Below are positions 38,449 through 47,497 of a stretch of DNA of 64,000 bases, piece by piece. A model generated the notes under the pieces. That model did not search any database. It saw only the letters and a list, made by a program, of their open reading frames with translations, and had not been told where the DNA came from. The first letter of the stretch is position 1. Every line of letters begins with the position of its first letter. This DNA comes from Ignavibacteriales bacterium (GTDB lineage: Bacteria > Bacteroidota > Ignavibacteria > UBA10030 > UBA6906). The position numbers and the translations under genes were made by a program. The stretch covers positions 50,397-114,396 of the forward strand of contig JBBIRR010000003.1 in NCBI GenBank assembly GCA_037441705.1, in the 5' to 3' direction.

Positions 38449-40068
38449 ATGAAACATTTTCTCTTCCTCCTCTCGCTCTTTCCCTTGTTGATTCTTCCCG
38501 CTGGTTCTCAGACACCTGCACCGTTTGCATCTGATGGACATACCGTCGGACTTTGGCATTTCAATGAATCAAGTGGTCCGCTCGTCCGGGGTAGTTCGAT
38601 GTTCGGCAATCATGGATATGCCTACGGCACAACCATCACCACCGGAAGATTTGGAAATGCCCGTTTTTTTGACGGCATATCGGACTACGTCTATATAGGT
38701 GACCCACTCAACGGTTCTCTCGATTTCGATGTGAATCGCAGCTTCACCGTTGATGTTTGGTTTCAGACATCGGATGACCTCGGGTGGCTTTTTAGAAAGG
38801 GCCTTGCCCCGACGGCAGGATACGCTATAGCTATCAAGGATGGATACGTACAGGGCGAACTCGGCAATCGTGAAGACAGCCGCTACCCGGACACCCTTGT
38901 GAGAATCCGAAGCCAGCAGAGATACAATGACGGCCATTGGCACCTTGCAACTCTGGAGCGAGATCGGGCGGCCCGACAGATTCGCTTGTACGTGGATGAC
39001 GTTCTGGCGACCGCCCCCACCTTGGACCCAATTGTCTTTCCGCTGTCCAGCGAGCGTCCTATAACATTCGGGAAGTGGGAGAACAACGCCCAGCCGCAAC
39101 TCTACAAGGGCAATATTGACGAGGTTCGTGTTTCGAATATCGCGCGCCATGCCCCACTGCACGATACCGTAACGCTCTGGCATTACGATGAAGTTAGCGG
39201 CAATCTCGTGCAGGATGCCTCGCCGAATCGCAACGACGGAATCGCGTGGGGAACGACGGTTGTCCCTGGCATTCGCGGCAACGCGCGAGCATTTAGCGGA
39301 TTGAACAGCTACGTGCTCGTTCAAAGTCCCGCCGCACTCAATTTTGATTCGTCGCAGAGCTTTACCGTTGAAGCCTGGTTCAAGACAACCCAGCAAGACA
39401 CAGGTGAGATAATCCGACGAGGACTTGCACCTGTTCCCGGGTTTGCCTTTCGCATCTTGAACGGAAGGGTGCAGGGGATTATCGGCAACCGAGACGACTC
39501 CCGATACCCGAACACACTTCTCCGAATCACCAGCGCACGATCGTTCAATGACGGCCAATGGCATCGGGCAACGCTTGTCAGAGATTGCAGCATGAGAAAA
39601 CTGTTCCTGTATGTTGATGGCGAACGTGCAGCAGAGCCGCTGAACGACCCGATCGGATTCCATTTGTGGAACGCCCGCCCCCTGACCATGGGTTGTTGGG
39701 AGAACTTTGTTCAGCCTACATTCTTCCGCGGTGCGTTAGACGAAGTGAAGATAGTTCGGCGAGCGCAACATCCGACTGAGGTGGGTCCTGGGTCGCCTCT
39801 GCCTGTAGAGTTTGCGTTGCATCAGAATTTTCCGAACCCATTTAATGCAAGCACGACGATACCCTTCGATGTTCCTGCGGCATCCTTTGTTACTATTCGA
39901 GTCTGGGATCTGCTGGGGCGCGAGGTTTCCGTTCTCGTCAATGGTATAAAGGAAGCGGGTCGGCACGAGACGAGGTGGAACGCACAAGGAGTGTCATCCG
40001 GTGTATATCTGTATCGTATGCAAGCGGTAGGACTTGCACAGACCCGGAAGCTCGTACTCACGAAATAG
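38449..40068 (+). CDS. Secreted tandem LamG/ConA-like domain protein with T9SS type A C-terminal sorting domain
   Basis: Signal peptide; two homologous LamG-like units (SFTV..WF, NDG.WH, G.(I/L)DEV); CTD QNFPNPFN...SGVYLYR...KLVLTK. Confidence 0.88.
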   Translation: MKHFLFLLSLFPLLILPAGSQTPAPFASDGHTVGLWHFNESSGPLVRGSSMFGNHGYAYGTTITTGRFGNARFFDGISDYVYIGDPLNGSLDFDVNRSFTVDVWFQTSDDLGWLFRKGLAPTAGYAIAIKDGYVQGELGNREDSRYPDTLVRIRSQQRYNDGHWHLATLERDRAARQIRLYVDDVLATAPTLDPIVFPLSSERPITFGKWENNAQPQLYKGNIDEVRVSNIARHAPLHDTVTLWHYDEVSGNLVQDASPNRNDGIAWGTTVVPGIRGNARAFSGLNSYVLVQSPAALNFDSSQSFTVEAWFKTTQQDTGEIIRRGLAPVPGFAFRILNGRVQGIIGNRDDSRYPNTLLRITSARSFNDGQWHRATLVRDCSMRKLFLYVDGERAAEPLNDPIGFHLWNARPLTMGCWENFVQPTFFRGALDEVKIVRRAQHPTEVGPGSPLPVEFALHQNFPNPFNASTTIPFDVPAASFVTIRVWDLLGREVSVLVNGIKEAGRHETRWNAQGVSSGVYLYRMQAVGLAQTRKLVLTK

Positions 40069-40076
40069 TATCCCCC

Positions 40077-41216
40077 ATGCCCGCGGCTAAGCGCGTCCTC
40101 ATCTATTCCGAATACTGGTCCAGCCGCGGCGGCGGGGAGAAATATCTGCTGGCGATTGCCGAGACGCTGCTGCGTGCAGGCTACGACGTGACGTTCGCGG
40201 CACAAGCCTCGGCGTTCGACATGAAAGAGCTGGCCCGCTACTTTGCGGTCTCGCTCGACGGGGCAAACGCGCATCTCGTCCACCTCGAGGCTTTGCGCCG
40301 CGAAGCCGAGAATCTCTCCCGCCATTTCGATATCTGCATCTACATCACGAACTATCGTTTTTTCAACTCTCGTGCGCGGCAAACCTTCGTCATACTTCAA
40401 ATCCCGTACGGAAGACTGACGCCGTTCACCATCTCCTCGCGCATACTGCGCGGCAAGCCAAAGGAAGCAGCAAAAGACATTCTTCGTGCCCGGCTCTTGA
40501 GCAAACTCAGGGAAACCCAGGCCGTGCTCGTGTACTCGAAGTTCGTCCACGATGCCCTGGAAACCATTCACGGCATTCCTTCGACTGTGCTGGAACCGCC
40601 GATTGACGATTTCCTGATCGAAGGGATGCCGAAGGAACGAGTCATTCTGAGCGTCGGCAGGTTCTTCCGCGGGTTGTACAATGACAAGCGCTATGACATT
40701 CTAATTGAGGCGTTCAAAAAACTGCATGCCCGCCTTCCGCACACGACGTGGATGTATCGTCTCGTGGGAAGCTGCGGCAACGATGAGGCGTCGCGGCGGT
40801 ATGTGGAGGAGTTGCAGGAGTCGGTTCGCGGACTGCCGGTGTACTTTCACATCAACTCACCGTATGAAGAGTTGAAACGGCACTACAGTGAAGCGACGCT
40901 CTTCTGGCATGCAGCGGGCTTCGGGGTGGATGAACAGCGCCATCCCGAACGCGCCGAACACTTCGGCATGTCCACTCTCGAAGCGATGTCAGCGCGGTGC
41001 GTTCCGATTGTCATCAACCGGGGTGGGCAGAAAGAAATTGTTTCGCACGGCGAATCTGGCTATCTTTGGAACACAATGGACGAGCTTGTGAACTATTCGC
41101 TGGAGCTGATCGGTACGCCGTCGCGGCTCGCCCGGATGCAGGCGCGGGCGCGCGAGGAATTTATGCGCTTCGAACGCAGCAGATTCTCCGAAAAGCTTCT
41201 TGCCCTTCTGGAGTAG
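40077..41216 (+). CDS. GT4 glycosyltransferase
   Basis: GGGEKY, LSVGRF, EHFGMSTLEAM, GGQKEIV; start at ATG 40077. Confidence 0.9.
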   Translation: MPAAKRVLIYSEYWSSRGGGEKYLLAIAETLLRAGYDVTFAAQASAFDMKELARYFAVSLDGANAHLVHLEALRREAENLSRHFDICIYITNYRFFNSRARQTFVILQIPYGRLTPFTISSRILRGKPKEAAKDILRARLLSKLRETQAVLVYSKFVHDALETIHGIPSTVLEPPIDDFLIEGMPKERVILSVGRFFRGLYNDKRYDILIEAFKKLHARLPHTTWMYRLVGSCGNDEASRRYVEELQESVRGLPVYFHINSPYEELKRHYSEATLFWHAAGFGVDEQRHPERAEHFGMSTLEAMSARCVPIVINRGGQKEIVSHGESGYLWNTMDELVNYSLELIGTPSRLARMQARAREEFMRFERSRFSEKLLALLE

Positions 41217-41255
41217 TCAAGGCTTCCACCCAAAACAACATCCGATACAGCACAC

Positions 41256-43760
41256 ATGGCCAAAGCCAGGAAAGCTTCGCCGATTCGCGAACAGAAATCG
41301 CCCTCTGTGATTTCCCATCTCTCGCCAACAACACAGGACGTACTGTGCGTGGCCTTTCTCTACCTCATCACGCTGATTCTGTTTCGAGGGATCGTCTTCG
41401 AGAACAAAGCCTTCTCGACCGGCGGCGATACGAAGAACGCCATCACCTACGCGAAAGTCGGCGACGACCTCAGGGCAGCGGAGGGCGAGGACCCATTGTG
41501 GATGCCGAACTTTTTCAGCGGCATGCCGACGTTCGGAAACGTCCACTACGTCCCGCACGATGTGAGTTATCTACAATCTGCCGTGGTCGCCGTCCTCAAG
41601 CTTTTCTATCTGAACGGAAAATGGAGTTGGTTTCCCGTGTACTACCTCTTCTGCGGCGTGTTCATGTTTCTGCTGCTGCGGATGTGGAACCTCTCGCGCA
41701 TCGCTGCACTGCTCGGAGCCATCACGTTCATGCTCAGCCCGTACGGCATCGGGCTGGCTGCCGAGGGACACGGCTCGAAGCTGATGGCGCTGAGCTACCT
41801 TCCGCTCGTGTTCCTGCTGACCCATCTGCTCTTCGAACGGCGTGACGCGCTGAGCTTCGGCTTGCTCTCGGCTGCGATCGGAACCCTGCTGCTGACCAAT
41901 CACATGCAGATTGTCTACTATGTGTTCATTGTTCTGGGACTGTATCTCCTTTATCACGCGGTTCGGGACTTCAAGGAGAACAAAGGAGTCATTCCCAAGA
42001 AAGTTCTTCTGTTCGGTGCAGCGCTGGCGATCGGGTTGTGCATTTCGTCGTACATCTATCTTTCTGTGTACGAGTACGCACAGTACTCCATTCGCGGCGG
42101 CGGCACGGCTGGGGCCAAGGGCGGACTGACGTGGGAGTATGCCACGAACTGGTCGTTTCATCCACAGGAATTGCTCACCCTGATTATTCCGTCGTTCTTC
42201 GGATTCTCCTCGCAGTACGTTTACCCGTGGCAGGGGCAACAGGTGCCTCTCCCGCTGTACTGGGGGACGATGCCGTTCAACACATCGAGTGTGTACATCG
42301 GCATTGTGCCGCTGCTGCTGGCGGTCGTTGCGCTGGTATATCGGCGGAATGCGACCACGCTCTTTTTCGCGCTGCTGAGTGTTGTGGTGGTGTTGCTGTC
42401 GTTCGGCAAGCACTTCGCGTTGTTGTATCAGATCTTGTTCGAGCTGTTGCCGTTCTTCAACAAGTTTCGCGCGCCGGCAATGATTCTGCATCTGCTGACG
42501 TTTGCGGTTGCGGCGTTGGGGGCGTTCGGTATGCAAGGATTGTTGGAGGAGAGAGAAATCAACAAAGAAAAATTGAAGAAGGGACTGCTCTATACGGCAG
42601 GCGCAATCGCTGCCGTGCTTGTGCTCGGTCTGGTGATGAAATCCTCGCTCTTCGAAATGTTCGGCTTCACTTTTACGCGCGAGGGCGAAAATTACGGCGC
42701 GCAGGCGATGGCGCAACTGAAGAACATCCGGTTCGAAGTGTTGTGGGCGGACTATATCAAGTTCGTCTTCATTGCCGGGGCCGCGATCGGGGCCACGCTG
42801 TTGTATCTCAACGGACGCCTCAAGGCAGCGGGCTTGAGCAGCGCCTTGATTGGTCTTCTTGTTATTGATCTGTTCATCATCGACAGCAAGTTCATTGATC
42901 CGAAGCCGCAGGAGGAGCTGGAGCAAACGTTGCGCGCGGATGCCACGGTGCAGTTTCTCAAGCAGCAGCCGGGGTTGTTTCGCGTGTTTCCGTTGGGTGA
43001 TTTATACGGCGAGACGACTTACGCCTATCACGGTCTGCAATCGGTCGGCGGGTACAGTCCGGCGAAGCTGAAGATTTACCAGACGGTTGTCGATTCATGC
43101 TTCTTCCGCGGCCCCGATCCTGCATTTCCGCTGAACATGAACATCGTGAACATGTTGAATGCGAAGTACGTGTTAGCGCAGGGGCAACTGCCGCCGGAGA
43201 AGTTTCGTCATGCATTTACCGATCAGGCCACGGGGGTGATGACGTACGAGAATCCGGGTGCGCTGCCGCGCGCATGGTTTGTGCAGAACGTCGTGGTTGC
43301 TTCATCCGACAACGAGGTGTTTGCACTTCTGAACTCTCGCGACTTCACTCCCGCGACAACAGCCATCCTGCAGCAACCGCTGGCGCAGCAGATGACGGTG
43401 CCCGACAGCGCCGCTCGCGTTTCGATTACTCAGTATAAATCACGCGAGATCAGGCTGCAGGCGGCAACCTCGGGTCCGGCGCTGCTCGTCGTAAGCGAGG
43501 TCTATTATCCGGCAGGATGGAAAGCGTTTGTGGACGGTAAGGAGACCGAGATCTATCGAACGAATTCCATCCTTCGCTCCATTGTGATTCCGGCGGGAAC
43601 GCATGAGGTTGTGTTCCGCTTCGATCCGCTGATGTACGAAGTGGGCTGGGACGTGACACATGCGGGATGGGGTGTGGCAGCTGTGTGCATTCTCATCGGA
43701 CTGTGGAGGTCGCCGGGTGTGCGTGCGCGTCTGCCTGGAAGGAAGCAAGGCAGAAGCTGA
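41256..43760 (+). CDS. YfhO-family multi-pass membrane protein (GT-C fold), second paralog
   Basis: PLWMPNFFSGMP, NHMQIVYY, FNKFRAP, GGYSPAKL, VVSEVYYPAGWKAFVDG. Confidence 0.88.
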   Translation: MAKARKASPIREQKSPSVISHLSPTTQDVLCVAFLYLITLILFRGIVFENKAFSTGGDTKNAITYAKVGDDLRAAEGEDPLWMPNFFSGMPTFGNVHYVPHDVSYLQSAVVAVLKLFYLNGKWSWFPVYYLFCGVFMFLLLRMWNLSRIAALLGAITFMLSPYGIGLAAEGHGSKLMALSYLPLVFLLTHLLFERRDALSFGLLSAAIGTLLLTNHMQIVYYVFIVLGLYLLYHAVRDFKENKGVIPKKVLLFGAALAIGLCISSYIYLSVYEYAQYSIRGGGTAGAKGGLTWEYATNWSFHPQELLTLIIPSFFGFSSQYVYPWQGQQVPLPLYWGTMPFNTSSVYIGIVPLLLAVVALVYRRNATTLFFALLSVVVVLLSFGKHFALLYQILFELLPFFNKFRAPAMILHLLTFAVAALGAFGMQGLLEEREINKEKLKKGLLYTAGAIAAVLVLGLVMKSSLFEMFGFTFTREGENYGAQAMAQLKNIRFEVLWADYIKFVFIAGAAIGATLLYLNGRLKAAGLSSALIGLLVIDLFIIDSKFIDPKPQEELEQTLRADATVQFLKQQPGLFRVFPLGDLYGETTYAYHGLQSVGGYSPAKLKIYQTVVDSCFFRGPDPAFPLNMNIVNMLNAKYVLAQGQLPPEKFRHAFTDQATGVMTYENPGALPRAWFVQNVVVASSDNEVFALLNSRDFTPATTAILQQPLAQQMTVPDSAARVSITQYKSREIRLQAATSGPALLVVSEVYYPAGWKAFVDGKETEIYRTNSILRSIVIPAGTHEVVFRFDPLMYEVGWDVTHAGWGVAAVCILIGLWRSPGVRARLPGRKQGRS

Positions 43761-43847
43761 GGTGTTCACGTTCAGGGAGCTTCACGCGCGCAAACGTATC
43801 GGTTGGTGATGACGGTGGAGTTGTGAGATGCCGGTGGTGCTGCGCGC

Positions 43848-43980
43848 GTTAGGCGCCCGAAGGGTGCCCGCCGTTTTGGGGCGGGCAGTGCTGAGCGCTG
43901 TTCAGCGAAGCACCGCAGCGGAAGCGGAGCCCGCAGGGCGCCGACGGCGCTGCGAAGCGTTCAGCGCCGGAACGCCCAAC
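43848..43980. repeat. GC-rich multi-hairpin REP-like element
   Basis: Terminal inverted GTTAGGCG...CGCCCAAC; internal hairpins incl. TGCCCGCC-GTTTTGG-GGCGGGCA 43865-43887, similar to CCCGCC...GGCGGG hairpins at 25441 and 25747. Confidence 0.6.
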
Positions 43981-44011
43981 ATTTCTCTTGTTTGCGCGTG
44001 CTCCGTGTAGG

Positions 44012-44040
44012 TTGATTCTGTGCTCCGCCTTGTCTATATT
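44012..44040 (+). promoter_or_regulatory. Candidate sigma70-type promoter of BMC-H genes
   Basis: TTGATT-17-TATATT; SD GAGGAG before 44102. Confidence 0.6.
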
Positions 44041-44101
44041 GCACGTGCTTCTCAACGACCGTTCAACTGTTTATTCATTAGCTTAGAGGAGAGAATCTCT
44101 C

Positions 44102-44398
44102 ATGCCAGACCTATCTTTGGACGCGCTTGGGATGGTGGAAACGAAGGGGCTGGTTGGTTCGATCGAGGCGGCCGATGCGATGGTAAAAGCTGCACGCGTG
44201 ACCCTGATCGGGAAAGAGGTGATCGGTGGTGGATATGTTACCGTCATGGTGCGGGGCGATGTCGGTGCCGTGAAAGCGGCGACGGATGCAGGCGCAGCGG
44301 CAGCGCAACGCGTAGGCGAGTTGGTGTCGGTGCATGTGATCCCGCGGCCGCATGCCGACGTTGAGATGATTCTCCCCAAGCGTCCCGCCGACAAGTAA
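44102..44398 (+). CDS. Bacterial microcompartment hexamer shell protein (BMC-H, EutM/PduA-like)
   Basis: [48 protein letters not shown]. Confidence 0.95.
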   Translation: MPDLSLDALGMVETKGLVGSIEAADAMVKAARVTLIGKEVIGGGYVTVMVRGDVGAVKAATDAGAAAAQRVGELVSVHVIPRPHADVEMILPKRPADK

Positions 44399-44459
44399 GA
44401 TCCGCATCTTCGAACGCGCCGGCTCCGAATGGGGCAGGCCGGCGCATGAGCGATTGCCT

Positions 44460-44996
44460 ATGATGACCCTGGAATATGCACTGGGCATGGTCGAGACCCG
44501 CGGCCTCGTGGGTTCCATCGAGGCTGCCGACGTGATGGTGAAGACTGCCAACGTTCGCCTGCTCGATGCGGAATACATCCGCAACGGGTACGTCACGATC
44601 AAGTGTGTCGGTGACGTAGCGGCGGTGAAAGCGGCCGTGGAGGCGGCGGCGGCAGCGGCACAGCGTGTCGGGCAGTTGATTGCCACGCACGTGATCCCGC
44701 GCCCTGCAGCGGAGGTAGAGCCGATCATGCGCAGGCAAGCGAAGGGGTTGGGGCCAGCATCCCCTACGGCCACAGGGTCGGGGTCGTTTGCGGAGGATAG
44801 GCCCGCCGCGCCCGATCTGTTCCAGGCGAGCGCCGATGATAATGAGTATCGCGCTCAGCTTGAAGCCATGACCGTGCATCAACTGCGAACGCTTGCCCGT
44901 GAAGTGGGGGGACTGGGGATTTATGGGCGAGAGATTTCCAAAGCCGACAAGAAGCAGTTGATCTCCGAGCTTATGAAGAGACGAAAGGGCGCGTAG
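44460..44996 (+). CDS. BMC-H shell protein with linker and C-terminal helical domain
   Basis: BMC domain (ALGMVETRGL...HVIPRP), Ala/Pro/Gly linker, then LEAMTVHQLRTLARE...GREISKADKKQLISEL. Confidence 0.92.
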   Translation: MMTLEYALGMVETRGLVGSIEAADVMVKTANVRLLDAEYIRNGYVTIKCVGDVAAVKAAVEAAAAAAQRVGQLIATHVIPRPAAEVEPIMRRQAKGLGPASPTATGSGSFAEDRPAAPDLFQASADDNEYRAQLEAMTVHQLRTLAREVGGLGIYGREISKADKKQLISELMKRRKGA

Positions 44997-45062
44997 CCGC
45001 ATGGACGGCACATGTCAACTCCATCGGAGCCTCGCTGATGGAGTTTTTTATTGTGTCGGTGG

Positions 45063-45992
45063 ATGATGAAAGAGCGGAATATCCATATCGTTGTGGCTAC
45101 AACCTTCTTTGCTCTCCTGCTCTGGCTATCGGTGAGTCTGAGCGATCAGTATCAGATACACGTGCGTGTGCCGGTGGTGGTGCAGAATGTTCCGTCGGGG
45201 CGGGCAGTCAGCAGCCTTCTGCCGCATGATGTGCGCGTCACCTTCAACGATTACGGCTGGCGTTTGGCGAAGGTCGTCTGGGGGACGCAGGTGGAGTGGG
45301 CGATCGACATGAACCTTCTGCCGCCGCAGCAACACGCGCTCACGGTGCGCGACCTTGCGGAACAGCTTGGCAGCCGATTCGGTCTCCAGCCCCTTTCGAT
45401 GATGCCTGATTCCCTCTACATCATGCTGGACACGGTGGAGGTCAAACGGTTGCCCGTGGTGCCGCGCTACGCGGCAACGTTTCGTGAGGGATATGGACAG
45501 ATTGGTCCGGCAGTCGTTCGGCCTGAGAGCGTTACCGTTCGCGGCGCGAAGCGCATCGTCCGTGCGCTGCAATCATGGCCTACGGAACTCCGGCGCTTCG
45601 AGCAACTGCGGCAGCCGGTTGATGTGGTCGTGCGATTGGCCGATACAGCGGCGATGCTCGAGTTCACGCCGAAGGAGGTACGGCTTCACATCGTGGTTCA
45701 GCAGTTTGCGGAAAAGACGTTCACGCAAATTCCTCTTGAACTGACCTCGGTGCCACCGCATCGTGAAGTCATCCTCAGTTCTCGGAACGTGGACATCGTG
45801 ATTCGCGGAGGCATCGAGCAGTTGGCGGCGGTGGAACCGGCATCTATCCGGGCGACGATTGATTACCGCGTGATTCTGGCCGATACGAGCGGGATTGTGG
45901 AGCCTGAGGTGAGCGTTCCTTCAGGGCTTCGGATTGTGCGCGTAAGCCCGGAGCGCATTCAATACGTGATACGAAGGAAGCTTTTGTTCTAA
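45063..45992 (+). CDS. YbbR/CdaR-like domain membrane protein
   Basis: N-terminal TM (FFALLLWLSVSLS), beta-rich repeats KRLPVVP, PESVTVRG, EFTPKEV, VSPERI. Confidence 0.82.
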   Translation: MMKERNIHIVVATTFFALLLWLSVSLSDQYQIHVRVPVVVQNVPSGRAVSSLLPHDVRVTFNDYGWRLAKVVWGTQVEWAIDMNLLPPQQHALTVRDLAEQLGSRFGLQPLSMMPDSLYIMLDTVEVKRLPVVPRYAATFREGYGQIGPAVVRPESVTVRGAKRIVRALQSWPTELRRFEQLRQPVDVVVRLADTAAMLEFTPKEVRLHIVVQQFAEKTFTQIPLELTSVPPHREVILSSRNVDIVIRGGIEQLAAVEPASIRATIDYRVILADTSGIVEPEVSVPSGLRIVRVSPERIQYVIRRKLLF

Positions 45993-46022
45993 GGACATTT
46001 CCATCACTCCTTGTACAACGCG

Positions 46023-46751
46023 ATGCGCTTAGCCATCAACATTGATCATGTTGCTACCCTGCGCGAAGCGCGCGGGGGTGTCGAGCCGGACCCCGTCGCC
46101 GCAGCAGCACTGTGTGAGCTTGCCGGCGCCGAAGGGATCGTCTGCCACCTGCGCGAAGACCGACGCCATGTGAACGACCGCGATGTGCGTTTGCTGCGCG
46201 AAACCGTCAAGACCAAGCTCGATTTGGAAATGGCGGCGACAGACGAGATTATCCGTATCGCGCTTGACACGGTACCGGACCTTGTGACCCTCGTGCCGGA
46301 GAAGCGTCAGGAGTTGACGACGGAAGGCGGACTGGATGTGCGGGCACACAAGAGCTATCTCCAGGATGTCATCAAGGAATTTCACAATCATGACATCGAG
46401 GTGAGTTTGTTCGTTGACCCGGTTGCCGAACAAATCGAGACAGCGAAGCACATCGGCGCCGACATGATTGAGATTCACACCGGAGAGTATGCGAACGCGC
46501 GCAGCGAGCGGGAGGCGCAGGCTCTATTGGAGATCGTCCGTGCAGCGGCGCGTCTGGGAGCGGAATTGGACCTCGGCGTCAATGCCGGCCACGGACTCAA
46601 CTACAGCAATGTGAAGGCTATTGCCCGCATCCACGAAATCCAGGAAGTCAGTATCGGGCATGCGGTGATTTCGTACGCGGTATTTGTGGGGTTAGACCGC
46701 GCGGTACGCGAGATGCGGGAGTGCATCCGCGAAGGAGTTCTGTCTCGATAG
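46023..46751 (+). CDS. pdxJ: Pyridoxine 5'-phosphate synthase
   Basis: INIDHVATLR, HLREDRRH, TTEGGL, EIHTG, NAGHGL, IGH. Confidence 0.97.
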   Translation: MRLAINIDHVATLREARGGVEPDPVAAAALCELAGAEGIVCHLREDRRHVNDRDVRLLRETVKTKLDLEMAATDEIIRIALDTVPDLVTLVPEKRQELTTEGGLDVRAHKSYLQDVIKEFHNHDIEVSLFVDPVAEQIETAKHIGADMIEIHTGEYANARSEREAQALLEIVRAAARLGAELDLGVNAGHGLNYSNVKAIARIHEIQEVSIGHAVISYAVFVGLDRAVREMRECIREGVLSR

Positions 46752-46787
46752 CGGCACAGCCCAACAGGGCCGTCCCGTCCGGATGCG

Positions 46788-47372
46788 TTAGTCTCTCAAC
46801 TCCAGCTTGCGGATCTCATCGCGAAGCGACGCCGCCTTCTCGTAATTCTCTTTCTCGATCGCTTCTTTGAGCTGTTGATGCAGCTGCTCCAACCGACTCA
46901 TCTTGGCAGGAGGTGAAGACGACGGCTTCGCTTTGGAGGACCGGGAGGACGGGAGGTTCTCTTCCTCTTCTTCTTCCGGCACAAATGCCGCTTCATCCAT
47001 CACCGATGCCGCAACATAAATCTGGACGCCGTACCGAACGGCGAGCGCTATGGCGTCGCTCGGGCGCGAGTCGATGAGCTGGTTATCGATGTTGAGTTTG
47101 GCGTAGAACGTTCCGTCGCGCAGCTCATCGATGATGATGTCGTTCAGGTCGGCCCCAAACGCCGTGATGATGTTCTTCATCAAGTCGTGCGTCAACGGAC
47201 GCGGCGGCTTGATTCCCTCCATCTCCAGCGCGATCGATTGCGCTTCTGAGGCGCCGATGATGATCGGCAGCCGTCGGTTCCCGTGCACCTCCTTCAGGAT
47301 GAGTGCATACGCCCCGCCGCTGGCGGGGTTCGTAGAAAGCCCGAGGATATCAACTTGAACCTTGTCCACCAC
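46788..47372 (-). CDS. Bifunctional nuclease family (DUF151) with C-terminal UvrB/C motif
   Basis: LPIIIG..EA, RPLTHDL, DSRPSDAIALA, ENYEKAASLRDEI. Confidence 0.92.
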   Translation of the reverse strand: MVDKVQVDILGLSTNPASGGAYALILKEVHGNRRLPIIIGASEAQSIALEMEGIKPPRPLTHDLMKNIITAFGADLNDIIIDELRDGTFYAKLNIDNQLIDSRPSDAIALAVRYGVQIYVAASVMDEAAFVPEEEEEENLPSSRSSKAKPSSSPPAKMSRLEQLHQQLKEAIEKENYEKAASLRDEIRKLELRD

Positions 47373-47497
47373 ACTACTCCGTTCAAAAAAGAAACGACAA
47401 CAATGCTTTGAGCCAGAGACCTACTGGGATATAGAGAAAAAGAGAGTAACAATCAAGAACCGCCGCCGCTGATGTGACGACACTGCGGCATGGTTCT

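Noticed and set aside
38272-41228. Possible direct repeat (GGAGT..GTCAAGGC) flanking LamG and GT4 genes
   Set aside because: Short and imperfect, with no mobility gene; insufficient to call an insertion boundary
43848-43980. Integron attC site
   Set aside because: GTTRRRY and RYYYAAC occur in the reverse order to an attC; single copy and no integrase or cassette array
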